Below are positions 59,636-64,000 of a stretch of 64,000 nucleotides of DNA, one piece after another; within the stretch, counting starts at the first letter, position 1, and each line of letters opens with the position of its first letter. Location: contig LFRN01000139.1 of NCBI GenBank assembly GCA_001512375.1, positions 4-64,003 on the forward strand, in the 5' to 3' direction. Origin of the DNA: Candidatus Methanoculleus thermohydrogenotrophicum. Its GTDB lineage: Archaea > Halobacteriota > Methanomicrobia > Methanomicrobiales > Methanoculleaceae. The notes beneath the pieces were generated by a model. That model made no database searches and had not been told where the DNA came from. It worked only from the letters and a program-made list of their open reading frames with translations. Position numbers and translations under genes: made by a program.

Positions 59636-62600
59636 TGATGGAGATCAAGCGCCATGAGATGGCTGATGCGTTCCAGAGGTTTGCCCGGGCAGGCAGCGGT
59701 ATCGTGGTCGGACCGCCGGGCGTCGGGAAGACGCACCTCCTGAAGACGGCCTGCGCCGCTTTCCATGACGAGGGCATCCCTTTCCTCTACCTCCCGCTCG
59801 ACCGGCTCGGGGGCGACGCCGCACAGGATCCCGGGGACGAACTGGGGCTGGGATGCCCGCTCACCACCTACCTGCAGGCGCAGAAAACCTGCAGGAGCGA
59901 CCGTCCCGGGATCCTGATCATCGACGCGTTTGATGCCACACGCTCAGAGAACCAGCGGAAGCACCTCCTGGCCCTCATCTCCCGGGTCAGAAGCAGGTTC
60001 GGGGGAACCTGGAACGTCATCCTCAGCGCCCGCACCTACGACGCCCGGCATTCAGGCCTGCTCCAGACCCTCTTCCCGCCCGGAGACGGGGATCCCCCGG
60101 ACTACCAGGTGCCGGGCATCGCCTGCCGGCACTTCGCGGTCCCCCGCCTCACCGGGAGCGAACTGCAGGCGGCGATCGAGAGCAACCTCGGCATGCGGGC
60201 GGCGGTGAGCGGCGCACCCGGGGAGTTTCAGGAACTCCTGCGAATACCGTTCAACCTGGTCCTGCTTGAGAGACTCATCGACCACGACCCCGGGATCCTC
60301 GGGTCCACGCCGATCCGCACAGAGACCGAACTCCTGGACCTCGTCTGGGATCGGCTGGTCCTGGCAGGTGACCAGCGGGAAGAGCGCCGGGCCCTGCTTA
60401 CAAGACTGACCCGCAGGATGGTGGAGCAGCACACCCTCTCTCTGCGCAGGGAGGAGGTGGGCGGGACCGAAGGAGTGGATGACCTCCTGGATGCGGGGGT
60501 CCTCATCGACGCATCGCTGACCGGGCAGCGGGTGGCCTACGCCCACCCGATCCTGTTTGACCACGCGGTGAGCACCTTCCTGATCGGGGCCGGACCACGG
60601 GGGGTGGTTGAGTTCATCGCCGAGGAGCCGGCGCGGGGTCTCTTCCTGTGGCCTGGCCTCTACCACTACTTTACCAGGTTGTGGCTGAAAGAGCCGGACA
60701 CGTTCTGGGAGGTCTTCTGGCAGCTCCAGGAGGAACCAGATCCCGGCACCCGGTTATTCGGGCGGCTCCTCTCGACGAGCGTCCTTGTGCGGGAGGCGCG
60801 GAGCATGGACCAGGTATTGCCCCTGCTCACCGCTGACCCCCACGCGATCCTGCAGACCCTGCAGGCCCTCCGGGTCTCTCAGGGTGGGCCGGACGCGCTC
60901 TGGGCAGGGTTCCTGAGAGCGCTCGTCGATCGGATGGATGAGACCTTTGCCCGGGAGGTTGCCATCGTCACCGCCGGGATCGTTGCCCGGGCTGAGAACG
61001 ACGACCCCGGGCAGGTTCTCCCGGTCTGCGGCGAGATCAGCCGTACGTTGCTCGCGTGGGTCCTGGAACACCGCAACGGTTCGCAGGCGGCCGATTCCCT
61101 TGGGGCAGGCTACGCTGTGCCGCTCGTGGCCAGGACGTATGCGACAGACCCGGAACGGTCGCGAGCACTGCTTGAGGTGGTGGTGCACAAGGAAGACCTT
61201 CCGCCCCGGTATCTTGCCGCGCTCGCCGACCACGTCGCGAGGATCTGGCCGCATGACCCGGATCTGGCCGCCCTCATCTCCCGGGTTGTGTGGACCCCGG
61301 GGGGCGAGGATGAGGGGGTCTGCGGGTGCACAGGGGACCGGCAGGACCTGCGGATGTGCCGGTGCAGGCTCATGAAGTCTGCCCCTGACTTCCTCAGGGA
61401 CGAACCGGAGGTGGCGACCAGGGCGATGGTCGAGTGCCTGAACCGGTATATCATCGAGAATTATCTCGGGGATGAGGCAGAGGGTGCCGGGGAAGAGTTC
61501 CGGTTCCGTGGCGGGACTGCCCGTTACGTCCCTGACGGCAGTCACATCTGGGGCGATGAGCGGGGGGAGGTGGTGCAGATGGCTGATACCCTCACCGGGT
61601 TCATCGGCGATCTCGCCTCTTCAGAGAGGGGGCGTGCAGAGATCCCGGGGATCCTGGATATCTTCCAGGAGCACGCCCGGGCGGCGTATCTCTGGCGGCG
61701 GCTCATCATCCTTGCCACGCACCATCCGGAGGTCCTTGCAGAGCCCCTCTTTGACCTCTGTGTTGCGCCGCCGGTCATGGAACATGACGAGACAGGGGAC
61801 GTTTTGATGGATCTTCTGGCGGTAGCTGCACCGTTCTATACCGATGAGCAGGTGCACCAGATCGAGGAGGCCATCCTGGAGATGCCCGGCGGGGGAGAGG
61901 GGGATCCGGACTGCTCCATGCGCCGCCGGGACCGTCTGCTCACCAGGATCCCCCCTGATCGGTTGCGAAGCGACAAGGCCCGTGAGATCAGAGCGGCCAT
62001 GACGGCAGACTACCTGGCCGCGCTCGAAAGCCCGCTCTCCTGCGCCTGCGAGGATGACCGGCCCGGACCGCCGCAGGCCGACACGGCGGCGGCAGAACCA
62101 GAACGGTATCAGGCTCTGCTGAAGTTCACAAGACCGCTGGATGCGTTCAGGGAAGAGTGGCGGGATAGGGATCCCACCCCGGAGAGCATCTCCCGGGTTC
62201 TTCCGGTTGCGCGGGGGCTGTGGGAGGAGGTAGACGGCGCAGGTGAACCGCACGCGGCTGCGTGGACGAGCCTGGCCTCATCGCTTGCCGTGATGAGCAG
62301 GGGGGTTCGGGACCCGCAGAGCGATGCGTTCCGGTTCTGCCGGAACGTTCTCCTGCGGTGCGCAACCCTGGATCTGGTGGCTGAACCCGGGGCTTTCCGG
62401 TCGTCTGCGCCGCGGGAGGAGGCGGCGAGCGGACTGGTCGCGCTTGCGGCGCATGGGCCGGACCCGGCGATCCTGGCTGCGATCGAGCGCTTATCGCGGG
62501 ATCCGGCCGTCTCTGTCCGCTACCGGACCATGCAGAACCTCTCTGTGCTCCACCGGCGGTCTCCAGAGACCTTCTGGCGGATCGTGGAAGAACGATGCGA

Positions 62601-63498
62601 GAACGAGCAGGAGCGGGCGGTGCTGAAGGCTCTCTGTTACAACCTGGAGGATCTCATCTCCCATGACAGAGAGCGGGTGGAACGCGCGCTGGAAGTCCTC
62701 GTCAGGAGGGTTATCATACCAGACGACCTGGGCGACCCGCTGGAACCCCTGATCCACCTCCTGGTGCGCCTCGATCTCATCGACCAGGATGCCCGGGCCG
62801 GCAGGGTGACAGAGCGGTTCCTGGCCGAGCCTTCCCGATACGCGGGCTCGCTCCTCTGCGCAACCTCTGCAGCGCTCTCTCTCCTGCGGTCCTCCGGAGG
62901 CGGATGCACCGACCGGGTAGTGGGGTGGCTTGAGCGGGCGGTTGCCGCGGTTGCTGACGGTGTCCGGGCGGTTTTACCGCCGCCCGGGTGCGGCCCGATC
63001 CAGGATGAGCGTGTCAGGGTCAGCCTGCGGTCTCTCTACGAGACGATCGACAGGATCGTCCTGCACCTCGGGGCTATCCTCGATGAGACCCCGGACCCGG
63101 CGGGCGCATCCCCGGCGTACCGGCAGAAGGGTGCCTTTTACTTCACGGTGAAGCCCCTGCTTGAGAAGATATCCTCGTTTGCGCAGGACCCGGAGAACCG
63201 TCTCCTCTTCGCGCCAACGGCGCCCTGGTTTGTGCGGCTCCTCAACTCTGTTCTTGCCTACGACCCCGAAGGGGTCATCCGTATGGCGGCAGACCTCGCC
63301 TGGGCGAGCAGACCGGCCGGGTGTCATCCTGACCTGCTCGCCTCTGACGATCTTGTGTCCCTGGTGGAGACGGCCCTTGCCGACCACCCCAGCACGGTGG
63401 CCGCCGGGGACCTCCTCCGGCTCCTGGACCTCTTTGCGGAGGGCCAGGACCCCCGGGCTCTCCGGCGGGTATGGCGGCTGGATGAGGTGTATGGATGA
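59635..63498 (+). CDS. Large STAND/NACHT-like P-loop NTPase with a helical-repeat C-terminus (Avs-like)
   Basis: Walker A GPPGVGKT near residue 26, Walker B ILIIDAFD, sensor ILSARTYD, LLRIPFNL, H(P)ILFD winged-helix motif, then about 900 aa of helical/HEAT-like sequence. Confidence 0.8.
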   Translation: MMEIKRHEMADAFQRFARAGSGIVVGPPGVGKTHLLKTACAAFHDEGIPFLYLPLDRLGGDAAQDPGDELGLGCPLTTYLQAQKTCRSDRPGILIIDAFDATRSENQRKHLLALISRVRSRFGGTWNVILSARTYDARHSGLLQTLFPPGDGDPPDYQVPGIACRHFAVPRLTGSELQAAIESNLGMRAAVSGAPGEFQELLRIPFNLVLLERLIDHDPGILGSTPIRTETELLDLVWDRLVLAGDQREERRALLTRLTRRMVEQHTLSLRREEVGGTEGVDDLLDAGVLIDASLTGQRVAYAHPILFDHAVSTFLIGAGPRGVVEFIAEEPARGLFLWPGLYHYFTRLWLKEPDTFWEVFWQLQEEPDPGTRLFGRLLSTSVLVREARSMDQVLPLLTADPHAILQTLQALRVSQGGPDALWAGFLRALVDRMDETFAREVAIVTAGIVARAENDDPGQVLPVCGEISRTLLAWVLEHRNGSQAADSLGAGYAVPLVARTYATDPERSRALLEVVVHKEDLPPRYLAALADHVARIWPHDPDLAALISRVVWTPGGEDEGVCGCTGDRQDLRMCRCRLMKSAPDFLRDEPEVATRAMVECLNRYIIENYLGDEAEGAGEEFRFRGGTARYVPDGSHIWGDERGEVVQMADTLTGFIGDLASSERGRAEIPGILDIFQEHARAAYLWRRLIILATHHPEVLAEPLFDLCVAPPVMEHDETGDVLMDLLAVAAPFYTDEQVHQIEEAILEMPGGGEGDPDCSMRRRDRLLTRIPPDRLRSDKAREIRAAMTADYLAALESPLSCACEDDRPGPPQADTAAAEPERYQALLKFTRPLDAFREEWRDRDPTPESISRVLPVARGLWEEVDGAGEPHAAAWTSLASSLAVMSRGVRDPQSDAFRFCRNVLLRCATLDLVAEPGAFRSSAPREEAASGLVALAAHGPDPAILAAIERLSRDPAVSVRYRTMQNLSVLHRRSPETFWRIVEERCENEQERAVLKALCYNLEDLISHDRERVERALEVLVRRVIIPDDLGDPLEPLIHLLVRLDLIDQDARAGRVTERFLAEPSRYAGSLLCATSAALSLLRSSGGGCTDRVVGWLERAVAAVADGVRAVLPPPGCGPIQDERVRVSLRSLYETIDRIVLHLGAILDETPDPAGASPAYRQKGAFYFTVKPLLEKISSFAQDPENRLLFAPTAPWFVRLLNSVLAYDPEGVIRMAADLAWASRPAGCHPDLLASDDLVSLVETALADHPSTVAAGDLLRLLDLFAEGQDPRALRRVWRLDEVYG

Positions 63499-63947
63499 AT
63501 TGTCCTCCCGGGGGCAGGGGAGACCCGGGTATCAGGCGCCCTTCCTTCCTCTGTGAAGAAGCGGGCGGGGTCCCACCGGTGACCTCTCGGTGAAGATGGG
63601 GGGGGATCCCGGCACCCTTGCTTGTGGGCGGGGGGTCCCGCCCTGAGCCTGGATTTCGCCGGCAGTGGTGAGTGGGGGGAGGAGATCTCATCGGTTGGGG
63701 AAGTCCCAATGGGGGAGTCTCCCTCCTGTATTCCACTCTGTCTCACATCTATCCGCCCCGAGAATACGAGATACCCCATACATTCGACATTCCCAGTTGA
63801 AGAACTCCAGGGTGACCTCGGTTATTGTGAAATACCGGTCTGCAAAGTTTTTTCACCGCGTTCCCCATCAATGATCGGGTAGAACTCTAAGGGGGTTATA
63901 CTTCCATAGTGCAGAGTGGACGATGCTGTCGCAAAATAATAGTTCTG

Positions 63948-64000
63948 GTGACTGCTCCCCCGATTGAAATCGGGGGCATCCAGGGTTTTTCAGCCCAGAG
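63948..64000 (-). mobile_element. Right end of another IS200/IS605 element that probably continues beyond the window
   Basis: GTGACTGCTCCCCCGATT-GAAATCGGGGGCATCC hairpin, the same end motif as at 56720. Confidence 0.7.

Overview
A GC-rich archaeal window whose gene content points to a hydrogenotrophic methanogen of the Methanomicrobiales (Methanoculleus-like; inferred from YcaO/TfuA, hypC/hypA/hypE, F420:NADP oxidoreductase, form III RuBisCO, rpl7ae-rps28e-rpl24e-ndk and cetZ). Housekeeping blocks alternate with many IS200/IS605, IS630 and IS110 elements or relics and several decayed genes. The most notable items are: (1) a two-gene SIR2 plus effector-less STAND (Avs-like) NTPase operon at 58.6-63.5 kb, a candidate split NADase antiviral system; (2) an intact-RuvC TnpB whose stop codon is shifted out of frame, giving one 1322-aa ORF fused to a REC-PAS-GAF histidine kinase; (3) an archaeal IsrB with an upstream omega-RNA-like region inserted just ahead of a glycosylation operon; (4) an orphan copy of the TnpB right-end/omega-RNA with a different guide; (5) a structured non-coding end upstream of an IS110 relic (bridge-RNA candidate); (6) a compact, highly structured unannotated segment between pyrC and DUF167; (7) a ThiF-ThiS-MoaE-YcaO-TfuA cluster; and (8) decayed bacterial-type gap/ldh/pgk genes near RuBisCO. 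All family calls come from reading motifs by eye; no searches were run.
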